Below, piece after piece: positions 38,991 through 48,510 of a DNA stretch of 64,000 nt. The DNA is from Bacteroides sp. (GTDB lineage Bacteria > Bacteroidota > Bacteroidia > Bacteroidales > Muribaculaceae). The notes below the pieces were generated by a model. The model had not been told where the DNA came from. It saw only the letters and a list, made by a program, of their open reading frames with translations, and searched no databases. Position 1 is the stretch's first letter. Each line of letters opens with the position of its first letter. The position numbers and the translations under genes are program-made. The stretch is taken from assembly GCA_014801815.1 (NCBI GenBank), contig JAAVDM010000019.1, positions 23,223 through 87,222 of the forward strand, read 5' to 3'.

Positions 38991-40568
38991 TCAGAAGGGG
39001 AAGTCCTGATCATTTGGCCCGGGAGAGAGATCGGGCATACCGGGAGTAGAGAGTGTATTGGGAACAAAGTTGAAACCTCCGGGTCCGCCTGCGGAAGGCT
39101 GCCCGGGTGAACTGTTCATGCGGCTTTCGAGTTTGACAGTTGAGTCACCGAGAGTCTGCTTCATCATGCGGTAGCCCTCTTCCCAGTTCTCAAATTTGGC
39201 GAATTTGGATACAAAGCGCAGTTTGACATCGCCTACGGCACCGCTTCGGTGCTTGGCGACGATGAGTTCGGCGAGCCCTCGGATGTCATTACCGTTGGCG
39301 TCCTCTCCGCTCTTGGTATAGTACTCAGGGCGATGAATGAAGCAGACGATATCGGCGTCCTGTTCGATTGCGCCTGACTCGCGCAGGTCGGACAGCACAG
39401 GACGTTTATCTTCGCGTGTCTCTGTAGAACGGTTAAGCTGCGAGAGGGCGATGATAGGTATGTTGAGTTCCTTAGCCAGCGCCTTGAGCGAACGCGATAT
39501 AGTGCTGACCTCCTGCTCACGGCTACCCAGTTTCATACCTGAGGCATTCATGAGCTGAAGGTAGTCAATCATTATCATTTTCACGCCGCGCTCCCGCACC
39601 AGACGCCGGGCTTTAGTACGCAGTTCGGTTATGGATAGACCCGGTGTCTCGTCAAGATAGAGAGGAGCGCTGTAGACAGAGCGCAGACGGTTGTTAAGAC
39701 GATCCCACTCCTCGGGTGACAGCTGTCCGCTTTTTATCTTCTCGCCTTCAAGGTCAGCCACATTACTGATAAGACGTTTCACCAGCTGCACGTTGGCCAT
39801 CTCAAGGGTAAATATGGCGATAGGTATGTTGTAGTCGATGGCCATATTCTTAGCCATAGAAAGCACAAAGGCAGTCTTCCCCATCGCCGGACGTGCCGCG
39901 ATGATGATGAGGTCGGAATTTTGCCAGCCGGAAGTCATACGGTCAAGGTCGGCATAACCGGTTGACAGACCTGACAGACCGGTAGTGGTATTGGCGGCTG
40001 TCTGTATCTGTTCAAGAGCAAGATTGAGCACAGGGTCTATCTGAGTCACATCTCGCTTCAGCTGTGTCTGCGATATATTGAACAGGTCACCTTCAGCCTG
40101 CTGGAGAAGATCATCGACATCGTTGCTCTCGTCAAAGGCTTTAGTCTCTATATCAATAGCAAATCTGATAAGACGTCGGGCCAGATATTTCTGAGCTATG
40201 ATTTTGGCATGATACTCGATGTTGGCGGCTGAATAGACATTAGCTGTGAGTTCGGTGACATAGACGGCTCCGCCCACCTCGGCCAGAGTGCCTTTCTGAC
40301 GCAGTTGTTCGGTGACGGTGAGCATGTCGATAGGACGCTGATTTAGACCGAGAGTCTGTATGGCATCGTAAATCTTCTGATGTGCCGGGTCATAGAAACT
40401 ATCGGGTGTAAGCAGGTCGCAGACGTTCATATAAGCGTCCTTTTCAAGCATAAGCGCACCCAATACAGCCTGTTCGAGATCAGTGTCACGCGGAGGCAGT
40501 TTACCCATTGAGTCTGTTATCGGCTGCTGAGGGCGTCGTGAATTATATGAGCGTCGGTTATCGTCCAT
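38991..40568 (-). CDS. dnaB: Replicative DNA helicase
   Basis: AARPAMGKT, IDYLQLM, LSQLNR, DLRESGAIEQDAD, IVAKHRSG. Confidence 0.98.
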   Translation of the reverse strand: MDDNRRSYNSRRPQQPITDSMGKLPPRDTDLEQAVLGALMLEKDAYMNVCDLLTPDSFYDPAHQKIYDAIQTLGLNQRPIDMLTVTEQLRQKGTLAEVGGAVYVTELTANVYSAANIEYHAKIIAQKYLARRLIRFAIDIETKAFDESNDVDDLLQQAEGDLFNISQTQLKRDVTQIDPVLNLALEQIQTAANTTTGLSGLSTGYADLDRMTSGWQNSDLIIIAARPAMGKTAFVLSMAKNMAIDYNIPIAIFTLEMANVQLVKRLISNVADLEGEKIKSGQLSPEEWDRLNNRLRSVYSAPLYLDETPGLSITELRTKARRLVRERGVKMIMIDYLQLMNASGMKLGSREQEVSTISRSLKALAKELNIPIIALSQLNRSTETREDKRPVLSDLRESGAIEQDADIVCFIHRPEYYTKSGEDANGNDIRGLAELIVAKHRSGAVGDVKLRFVSKFAKFENWEEGYRMMKQTLGDSTVKLESRMNSSPGQPSAGGPGGFNFVPNTLSTPGMPDLSPGPNDQDFPF

Positions 40569-40605
40569 GACGTATTGAGAGATTCTGAAATAGTTTGGTT
40601 GTTAA

Positions 40606-41505
40606 TCATACCTGCCAGATGGCGCAGAGTACTACCATCGATACGCAGGTAAGAAGCAGGCAGAGTGCCGTTTGTTTAAGCACAGGATTAAGAGCTGCAC
40701 CGCTGTTGTGCCGCAACTCGTTCCAACAGAAATAACCTCGTCCGAAACATAACGCGGACGGCACGAAGGAAATGGGGCTACCTGTGCGCAGCATGGTTAA
40801 TTCAATCAGTATGGCGGCCAACACTACGTCAATCAGATAGACTATGCTCATAGTCCGTCGGCCGAAAATGACTACCGTAGTGTTTTTACCTACTGCCCGG
40901 TCGTCATCGGCATCTCGGTAGTTGTTGACTATAAGTACATTGACTGCTAACAGTCCGACGGCTACACCCATAGGGACAGCCAGCCGGAGGACGTCATGAC
41001 CGGGAGCCTGAAGCCATGCAGTGAAAGAGACAGGCACAAGGCCGAAGAATATCAGTACTGCCACGTCACCCAATCCATGATGTGACAAAGGCCACGGACC
41101 GGTACTATATGCTACGGCAAACACAGCTACAGCCATACCTATGGCTATCAGCCACCAGCCTCCCCACCATACCAGCGACAGACCGAGCAGACAGGTGAAA
41201 GCGAGAAGTCCGTAAGTGGCGCGGAGCATGGCACGGGGTGAGATATCTCCTTCGGTGACGCCACGACGGAAGCCTTCACGCCCCTTGCGGTCAAAGCCGT
41301 TACGGTAGTCATAATATTCGTTGGCAAAGTTAGATACTATCTGTGCGCCTACTGCAAAAAAAAGGCATATAAGTGCCTGCGGCCAGGCGAAGCTGCCGAC
41401 TGCAAGCGCACAGGCACAACCTGCCAGCACTCCGGCCACACTGACGGGCAGAGTGCGCAGGCGCATGGCTTCAAGCCACGACCTGAAAGCGGAAGGGGAA
41501 GACAT
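40606..41505 (-). CDS. menA: 1,4-dihydroxy-2-naphthoate octaprenyltransferase
   Basis: RLRTLP, NFANEYYD, NNYRDADDD...GKNT; multiple TM helices. Confidence 0.93.
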   Translation of the reverse strand: MSSPSAFRSWLEAMRLRTLPVSVAGVLAGCACALAVGSFAWPQALICLFFAVGAQIVSNFANEYYDYRNGFDRKGREGFRRGVTEGDISPRAMLRATYGLLAFTCLLGLSLVWWGGWWLIAIGMAVAVFAVAYSTGPWPLSHHGLGDVAVLIFFGLVPVSFTAWLQAPGHDVLRLAVPMGVAVGLLAVNVLIVNNYRDADDDRAVGKNTTVVIFGRRTMSIVYLIDVVLAAILIELTMLRTGSPISFVPSALCFGRGYFCWNELRHNSGAALNPVLKQTALCLLLTCVSMVVLCAIWQV

Positions 41506-41517
41506 GACAGGTCTTAA

Positions 41518-42483
41518 TCAAGAATGTCGGTCGAGGTTAGCAAGCACGAAATCGCTCCAGCGTCCGGTAACATCCTCGATGTACTCACGTTCCACCAAGC
41601 CCTCAATAAGATGTTTAGGCAGTGCATCATAGCCGTAGAGCATACCGGCCAGTGAAAGTGCTAAAGCCGCATTGGTGTCGGCATCGCCGGCAGCCATAAC
41701 TATACTGCTGAGTGTATCATCGACCGATTCGCAATGCCACAGAGGCCAGAGAGCCGCCATCATCGAGTGAGCTGCATCATTGTAGAGATCTTCGTCATCA
41801 AGCTTCAGATCTTCCAGAGTGCCTTCATAGGCCCGATAGAGATATGGCACTACTGTTTCGTCAAATTTCCGTGCCAGACTTGCCAGCGCCTCTATTGGGG
41901 TTACGTGTCCGTGCCACAGCAGGTCGTAGGCTGTATGTCCTACTATATGAGCGGTACAGAGACACCGTGCGCCGTAGTGAGTTATACGGACGAGTGAAGA
42001 AGTGACTTCACGTGGATTATCGTGTAATGTGGCACCTAATATAGCACGTCCGATTGCTTCGTTTGTAGAGTCGAAGTGGCCCATCTGACTCCATACCTTA
42101 CGGGTTGTGCCGATAGGGTCTGAAATGTAGTCGGGGTCGGAGAGACACCAGCGTATGCAGGCTATATGGTCTGTGGAGTGGTCATCATCATACCAATCGA
42201 CAAGACGCCGGGCTATTGCCTGCAGGTCAATGTGGCCCTGCTTCATAATCTCTTCGGTTATGTGCAGCAGTATTCGGGTATCGTTGGTGATGTCGCCACG
42301 CCGCCATTGTCCTCTGTGTGCATCGCGTATTATCTGGCTATAGTCAGTCAATCCCTCAGGATAGCGCATTTCAGCTTCTTTGGCGGTCATGAATTCGGTG
42401 CCAAGACCGAGGGCATCGCCTACGGCATAGCCTATCAGGCCTCCTGCCAGGCGCTGGCGGTAAATATCATTCATGCTGTACAA
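41518..42483 (-). CDS. ADP-ribosylglycohydrolase family protein
   Basis: GYAVGDALG, TNDT, ITHY, GDADTNAA. Start may be 42474; TAACTTTG promoter element at 42539-42532. Confidence 0.9.
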   Translation of the reverse strand: MYSMNDIYRQRLAGGLIGYAVGDALGLGTEFMTAKEAEMRYPEGLTDYSQIIRDAHRGQWRRGDITNDTRILLHITEEIMKQGHIDLQAIARRLVDWYDDDHSTDHIACIRWCLSDPDYISDPIGTTRKVWSQMGHFDSTNEAIGRAILGATLHDNPREVTSSLVRITHYGARCLCTAHIVGHTAYDLLWHGHVTPIEALASLARKFDETVVPYLYRAYEGTLEDLKLDDEDLYNDAAHSMMAALWPLWHCESVDDTLSSIVMAAGDADTNAALALSLAGMLYGYDALPKHLIEGLVEREYIEDVTGRWSDFVLANLDRHS

Positions 42484-42586
42484 TATGTTTCATTGATGTA
42501 GAAGGGAGGAATAGTCAAGGTGAGAGTGACGGCAAAGTTAATAAAAAGAATTGAAAGTTTGGAATGTCTGAATCATAGAATAAAGA

Positions 42587-42602
42587 TAAGTAGCTCTAAA
42601 AA
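42587..42602 (-). repeat. MITE-like family A end at the left edge of the AT-rich island
   Basis: TAAGTAGCTCTAAAAA; its reverse complement differs by one base from TTTTAAGAGCTACTTA. Confidence 0.6.
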
Positions 42603-42752
42603 GGGTACATGATTTTTTTGTAATCATCTGTTATTTGAATTAAATAGATGATATTTTGAATGGTAGTTATCAACGAACTCCTTACCTTCTATATTTATTG
42701 AATTTTGGGAGTCAGAAAACGGATGGATTAAATTGTCAAGGATAAAATAACA

Positions 42753-42783
42753 TTGTCGGCTTTCCAAAAAGGGAGGCCGACAA
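42753..42783 (-). terminator. Putative terminator of the six-gene island operon
   Basis: TTGTCGGCTTTCC-AAAAA-GGGAGGCCGACAA hairpin, followed on the minus strand by TGTTATTTT. Confidence 0.6.
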
Positions 42784-42860
42784 CATGATCATATCAATAT
42801 CATAATAAGGAACAAGGTCAAGATGGTTATTAGTATCGCTAGAAAAGGTTTCATTCTGAC

Positions 42861-43586
42861 TTAATGTTGGAATTTCGGATTCAAATGAATGTCTCCAATT
42901 ACAGGTACAATATGAATAAGGAAGCGCTGATTACGAGAATCATCTTTCTCACTTTTCCTTGGTACTCGAGGCACGCCACCCTCTCCGCTACCCGCTATTA
43001 CTAACTCACACTTGTCCATTTTAGTAAAATCTATTCCGGCTTTATCTCGCCAGAATTCATGTAGTTTCAGTGCTCTTTGGTAACTAAGAACATTGTTATT
43101 GAAGAAATCATTAACGTGCCAACCATCAGCTGAGGCTTGTCCCTCAATTACTACCAGATATTTTATATCAGTTCTTAAAGAATCATTTTGTTGGAGATTT
43201 AGAATTGTTCTCTTAATTTCCTCTCCGGCCTCTTTTATTTGCTGACGCACTTGATTTGCTTCTTCTGGATTATACAAAGATGAATGTTGCGCATCCTGCA
43301 TTAACTTATCAAGCGAAAATTGATTTGCTTGATAATTCACTTGAATTTTGAAGATATGCTTGAGATAATCTTTATTGAACTCAAAATACTCTGGATCAAT
43401 ATTATCGACAGCCTTATAAATTGCCATTATCTCCTCGTACTTATCTTTAAACTCTTCTAATTCCCGTTGCTTTATTTTGAAACGGCTGTAAGATACCGCA
43501 AAAAGCACGAGCATAATGGCAAACAATGTGGTCATTATATCCACATATGACGGCCAAAAAGCACCCTTATGATTGCGATTATCCAT
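42861..43586 (-). CDS. ZorB/MotB-like protein (TM helix with conserved Asp, OmpA-like peptidoglycan-binding domain)
   Basis: FWPSYVDIMTTLFAIMLVLF; VIEGQAS; NNVLSYQRA; RNQRFLIHI. Confidence 0.82.
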   Translation of the reverse strand: MDNRNHKGAFWPSYVDIMTTLFAIMLVLFAVSYSRFKIKQRELEEFKDKYEEIMAIYKAVDNIDPEYFEFNKDYLKHIFKIQVNYQANQFSLDKLMQDAQHSSLYNPEEANQVRQQIKEAGEEIKRTILNLQQNDSLRTDIKYLVVIEGQASADGWHVNDFFNNNVLSYQRALKLHEFWRDKAGIDFTKMDKCELVIAGSGEGGVPRVPRKSEKDDSRNQRFLIHIVPVIGDIHLNPKFQH

Positions 43587-43588
43587 AA

Positions 43589-45337
43589 TTATTTTTTACG
43601 TCCAAACAATCCTCCTAAGAAGCCACTACTGTCGCTATTATCTGAATGCTTCTTTGACTCTTCGACAGATTTATTAAGCTTACTAAGAAGTTCTCGAATT
43701 TGAGCAACCTCATTACGAGTAGTTTCCAGTTTATTTTCAACTTGTTCGCGTGAGCTTTTGGCGTTTTTCTTTGTCTCATTAACAGCATTGTTTAACTTAT
43801 TCAGAAGATCGCGAATTTGACTGACTTCATTGCGCGTGGTTTCCAATATCTTATCAATCTCGTCACGAGAACTATTTGTGTTGATTGATACTAATAGCTC
43901 TTCTATCTTTTTTAGCTTGCTAAGTTGCGAAAATTCATGTTGTATTTGATCCAATGAGAATTTCTCCTCAAACGCAGCGATAATCTCACGTCTACGCTCC
44001 TGCATCTCTTTCTCCAAACCGATAAGAAGATTCTGGAACTTCTCTGCATACGATGCAAAACTCTCCTCATAAGTACGTCCTAGTTTAACAATAGACTCTG
44101 ACTGTAATTTAAAGATATTTTCAAGGTGACCATCAGAAACCTCCATTGCTTCAACCGCAATTTTCTGTTTCTTCTTGATAGCCTTTATTGTATCACTCAA
44201 AGCTTCTACTTCGCGATTATAGACCAGATCTGTTTTTTCAATGCTTCTACCCAAAGCATTTATACTCCTTTCAAAATCAGTTACACGTGCAAGAATCTGA
44301 TTTAATTTATTGGCCACACTAAGAGGAAGCTCCAAAGACTGATTATATTGTCTCTGAGTATTAATCAATTGTTGGGTAACACTTGCGATTGCATTGCGTG
44401 TCTCCTCAAAGCGATTAAGTGCTGTTGTGACAAGATCAAAGTTCTCGGCTGCACGAACAAAGGCATCTAAAGACTCAACCACACCACGCGAGCGAAGAGT
44501 TTTAAGAAGCTGGGCTTGCAGATCGACATTCTTATTAATCTTATCCATATTCTCTCCCATTACACGCACAGCTTCAGATACTATAGTCACGTTCTTCTCA
44601 AACGCATCTCCAAAACGCGTTGTACAGTTATCGAAAGTCGACTGAAAGCGGTCAATTACTTTATTAAAAGAAGGCTCAAACAGATTGATTGTTTGGTGTA
44701 GTTTATTAAGAGCGGCTACCATACTCACACCAAGAGTTGGCATTAGTTCATTCTGAATGAACTCGTAAAATTCATTTTTATCTTCGCCAACTATCTTCTG
44801 AGTATCTGAAGCTACATGATTTGAGATGGTTGTTAAAAACAGACCTATGAAACTTGTTGCCATTGACACTAAAACACCCCATATCAAATTTGATATGGCG
44901 GCATCAGTTATTCCATTAACTGAATTGAACAGACCCCAATTAAAAGAAAGCAGTCCACAGAAAACACCAAGAAATGTTCCCATTAGTCCAAGGTAAGTAG
45001 GAAACGCGAGCTTAGAAGTCGCATTCTCATACATAACATTAATCTTTCTTTCAGTCTTATTTTGTATTACTGAGAAATCGGTAGTACCGTGATTTTTCCT
45101 CGTATATTCATTTAGCTCTTTAATTAGCGTATGTAGAGAGGTTCCTTCTCCCGCTACATACGCATCGAGCTGTGTGTCCTCGTCTTTACCGTATACTTGG
45201 TATTCACGTGTCTTATTAAAGAAATTCCGGACATCAGACAACTTTTTCATATTTCCAAAGAAATAGATACACTGTATACACAAAAAGACGATGAAAACGA
45301 TTACTGAAATGAAGAATGATGTTGTTAACATACTCAA
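43589..45337 (-). CDS. ZorA-like MotA/TolQ/ExbB channel subunit with long helical cytoplasmic tail
   Basis: N-terminal TM; PTYLGLMGTFLGVFCGL; GVLVSMATSFIGL; about 400-aa helical tail. Start may be ATG 45331. Confidence 0.8.
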   Translation of the reverse strand: MSMLTTSFFISVIVFIVFLCIQCIYFFGNMKKLSDVRNFFNKTREYQVYGKDEDTQLDAYVAGEGTSLHTLIKELNEYTRKNHGTTDFSVIQNKTERKINVMYENATSKLAFPTYLGLMGTFLGVFCGLLSFNWGLFNSVNGITDAAISNLIWGVLVSMATSFIGLFLTTISNHVASDTQKIVGEDKNEFYEFIQNELMPTLGVSMVAALNKLHQTINLFEPSFNKVIDRFQSTFDNCTTRFGDAFEKNVTIVSEAVRVMGENMDKINKNVDLQAQLLKTLRSRGVVESLDAFVRAAENFDLVTTALNRFEETRNAIASVTQQLINTQRQYNQSLELPLSVANKLNQILARVTDFERSINALGRSIEKTDLVYNREVEALSDTIKAIKKKQKIAVEAMEVSDGHLENIFKLQSESIVKLGRTYEESFASYAEKFQNLLIGLEKEMQERRREIIAAFEEKFSLDQIQHEFSQLSKLKKIEELLVSINTNSSRDEIDKILETTRNEVSQIRDLLNKLNNAVNETKKNAKSSREQVENKLETTRNEVAQIRELLSKLNKSVEESKKHSDNSDSSGFLGGLFGRKK

Positions 45338-48300
45338 ATCTTTGTCAATTTCAAAACATTATCTATAACGGGCAGGAAGAAAACCGAATCATGATATACT
45401 TCGCTTCCATTCAGTGGTTGAACAACCTGAGTCTTAAAGTTCTTCTGCAAAGAATCCTGAACTCCTGTTGAAACTATTTCAACAAGATTCTTGATGTCAA
45501 CTTGTTTATCAAGCTCTCCATTCGCCACAAGAATACGAAGTAACTTTGAATACAGAGTATTGAGTGCTTTGAATGAATCAAGAAGTTTGGAACTTATAGA
45601 GAGGAAGTCGGAAATAAGATGATCAACATTTTCGTATTCCTTATCTGATACGCCCTGGAAATTAAATTCCTCCGGTATTACGGCATCTGATTTACGATAT
45701 AGACCACCATAACAGGTACACTCCTTTCGATAATTCGGAAGAATAACTTGTACATCTTTAATCTCCCCATAGACTTCCTTAAAGATAGTAGTAACTATTT
45801 CTTTAATCGTACCCTTGTCTGAGGAGAGTAGACCATCAATATACTTACTACCGTTACCGCAGAATAGAACAGAGCGTGGACAAGCCAAGCATTTAGCCCT
45901 GTACATTAACGCCATGTAGTATACAATGGAAACAAAATGATATAGGAATAACGGTTTGTAAGACTCTTTCAGTTTCTTGGAAATTTCGCAATGCTCATCA
46001 TTGCTCAACCAAAAACTGATTATATCCTTCGTAGAGACAGACTTATCACTTCTCATACTTAGATTAAGCTGTTCAAGTTCCTCACTATCTTCAAAGTGAA
46101 TGGACTCAACAAAACGTTCAAAGATTCCATTCTGACGATCGTTAGTAAAGCCACTAAAACCATTTCCCCATAGGATATCACATCCGAAGTGTACTGAGTT
46201 CGCAATTTTAGGCTTTCCATTAGCAAAATAAATAAAGTCGCTGGATCCTCCACCTATGTCTACTATTGAAACAGCATCTACACTGTTAAAGATATTTTTC
46301 TTGTTAAAGTAGTAGTACGGAGCTTCGGACTCTGAAACACAGTCTATCTGAGAAGATCCTATGTTGAGCAGATATTTTGCTTCTTCGTTCCATATGGAGG
46401 TATAAAGCTCACGTATTCCACCATTAAAACTAAGCGGGCGAAACCATATGAGCTTTGTATTTGCTAACAAACCATTCTTCTGAAGCACGTCTGTCTTGAC
46501 AATGAGAAGTAATTCACGGATGAAGAGTCTAAGTTCTTTTTCATGATTTCCCTCCCATTTAATGTCTGTAAGAATAGTCTGATTACCCATACCTTTCGTC
46601 TTTTCATAAAAGAAGGCAATATTACAGTTATCAAAAAGCGAGGGTTTACTATTGTCTCCTTTTTTTACGCAAAGTGCTGTACGAATTGGGAAACGATATT
46701 GTATGCCATCAATTAATGCTGGCACAAATTCCGTCTTAAAATTCTTTACACACTTGGGGGTAAGCGTATTTTCGATAATGGAGACAAGGGAATACTGAGC
46801 AGATCGTTTAACGTCATGTAAAAACGCAACCATAGGCTCATTCATATTCAACTGTTCCGGTTCGTTATCTTTACCAATTTTACAGCACGATATATAAGTA
46901 TTCGTTGTTCCTAAGTCTACTGCATAGGCATAAGAATCGTCTGTACGCTGAGCACGTTTCCAGTTTGGTATCAGTACTCCTTCACAACTCCCGCTATCCA
47001 GTCTAAAACGGAAATATATAGCATCAAACTGTGTATTGAATATCTCGTAGAATTTTGACCCGGCATCTATTTCTTTAAGATCATTCTGCTTTGACCGCAC
47101 AACTGCTGGACGAACACCATATTTAGCTGTAGTATTAGAATTTTCTATAGTTTCGATTTCTTCAAAACGTTCATCATTACGATAGAAGAAGGTTAAATCC
47201 ACTCTCTCGATTGAGACCGGAGTGTAGTCGTCAGTTGAATCATTCATCACCGCCATTACCTTGAAATAGTTGTTTTCAACAGTATTGGGAGAAAGTATAT
47301 TTGGGAATACACCCAAATTAAATGAAATGTTTTCCTTCTCTAGGTTTACAATCCGTCCACGACTAGTAACGCCATCGTTATCCGGGTAATAGTCTTTCCT
47401 ATACTCTTGACCCTTATATTTCAAAGTGACAGTTACCTTAGCATTCGTCACTTTACAAACACACTCGAAGTTGCCTTCTATTAGATTCATGGCCTCTCTG
47501 CTAATGGGCAACATAAAATCATATTCACGTTTCTCATCTCCTCCGGCATAGGTCATAGGCTGGTAAAAATCCTTAGACAGACGGAAAGGCAAACGAATAA
47601 GAGTATCGTTAAAGAAGTTCACCGTACTGAGACCGGTATCCTTGCCTATTGGCAAGCCATTAATGACAACATCATTGGAATTGTCTGAAGAGATTATCTT
47701 GAATTGCGGTTGCCAATTAGTTGTTATATCTTTATCTGTAATCTGTACCTGTTTTATATAATCCCTCAGTTCTTTCATCTCATCACCTATGGGATATTTG
47801 TTGACAAGATAGAACATATAGTTTTTGAAGTCCTTATCCCGGTCTCCAAAAAGTTTGACATCACGGAAATATGACCCGCCTGACTTTCTTGTTATAGTCG
47901 GCATATGCTCATAACGTTTACCTATAAAGGATGGAACAGCCTTACCACGGTTATCAACCTTTTTATCAAGGTCTGGCGGAGTGACAAAACCCGTATAAGG
48001 AGACGATGTTCCAAGTAGGTAATTCCGCCCTTCATTCTCTATGACTACAAAGAAAAGTCGATTTCCTGAAGCCTTAAGATCAGATGAGAAATAATTCTCA
48101 ACTGCATTTCCAAGAATAGGTACCTGACGTTTTAAACTTTTTAGGTCTGTTTCAAGTTCCCATTCACGGATTACTATTTTTCTTGTGTCATCCCAACGTC
48201 CTTCATGGAATGTCTGATTGTATAGAAGTTCAAATATATCCAGAGTGTCAGACACAAGACGATTATATGCATCTCCTGTATGTTTTTTTGAATCTTTAAG

Positions 48301-48510
48301 TTCTTCCAGAGCCCTACGAAATGCTTCTTTGACTACAAAGAAACGAGCAAAAGGAGTTGGGAGAGCATTCAGCGCACTACTATTGTTTGTGCGTTGCTCG
48401 GTGATTTTTGCGAGGTCTCCGGCAGTGATTGGCCCTTTTTCAGCAGTCCACTCCTGACCTTTAAGACCACGCTCAATTATATTTAAATCAACGCTACTCA
48501 TAGCAGTCAC
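45334..48510 (-). CDS. Large protein with C-terminal actin/Hsp70-fold ATPase domain
   Basis: AVDLGTTNT (phosphate 1), VSESEAP (connect 1), IVDIGGGSSD (phosphate 2), LFCGNGSK (adenosine); about 500-aa unassigned N-terminal half. Start may be ATG 48501. Confidence 0.8.
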   Translation of the reverse strand: MTAMSSVDLNIIERGLKGQEWTAEKGPITAGDLAKITEQRTNNSSALNALPTPFARFFVVKEAFRRALEELKDSKKHTGDAYNRLVSDTLDIFELLYNQTFHEGRWDDTRKIVIREWELETDLKSLKRQVPILGNAVENYFSSDLKASGNRLFFVVIENEGRNYLLGTSSPYTGFVTPPDLDKKVDNRGKAVPSFIGKRYEHMPTITRKSGGSYFRDVKLFGDRDKDFKNYMFYLVNKYPIGDEMKELRDYIKQVQITDKDITTNWQPQFKIISSDNSNDVVINGLPIGKDTGLSTVNFFNDTLIRLPFRLSKDFYQPMTYAGGDEKREYDFMLPISREAMNLIEGNFECVCKVTNAKVTVTLKYKGQEYRKDYYPDNDGVTSRGRIVNLEKENISFNLGVFPNILSPNTVENNYFKVMAVMNDSTDDYTPVSIERVDLTFFYRNDERFEEIETIENSNTTAKYGVRPAVVRSKQNDLKEIDAGSKFYEIFNTQFDAIYFRFRLDSGSCEGVLIPNWKRAQRTDDSYAYAVDLGTTNTYISCCKIGKDNEPEQLNMNEPMVAFLHDVKRSAQYSLVSIIENTLTPKCVKNFKTEFVPALIDGIQYRFPIRTALCVKKGDNSKPSLFDNCNIAFFYEKTKGMGNQTILTDIKWEGNHEKELRLFIRELLLIVKTDVLQKNGLLANTKLIWFRPLSFNGGIRELYTSIWNEEAKYLLNIGSSQIDCVSESEAPYYYFNKKNIFNSVDAVSIVDIGGGSSDFIYFANGKPKIANSVHFGCDILWGNGFSGFTNDRQNGIFERFVESIHFEDSEELEQLNLSMRSDKSVSTKDIISFWLSNDEHCEISKKLKESYKPLFLYHFVSIVYYMALMYRAKCLACPRSVLFCGNGSKYIDGLLSSDKGTIKEIVTTIFKEVYGEIKDVQVILPNYRKECTCYGGLYRKSDAVIPEEFNFQGVSDKEYENVDHLISDFLSISSKLLDSFKALNTLYSKLLRILVANGELDKQVDIKNLVEIVSTGVQDSLQKNFKTQVVQPLNGSEVYHDSVFFLPVIDNVLKLTKI

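Noticed and set aside
41518-42483. ADP-ribosylglycohydrolase as a seventh gene of the Zorya-like operon
   Set aside because: It has host-like composition and its own promoter element, lies beyond the island terminator and repeat end, and is coupled to menA-dnaB.
42861-45337. Flagellar motAB or canonical Zorya type I/II
   Set aside because: No flagellar genes are in the window, MotA lacks such a long tail, and no ZorC/ZorD/ZorE-like gene is adjacent.
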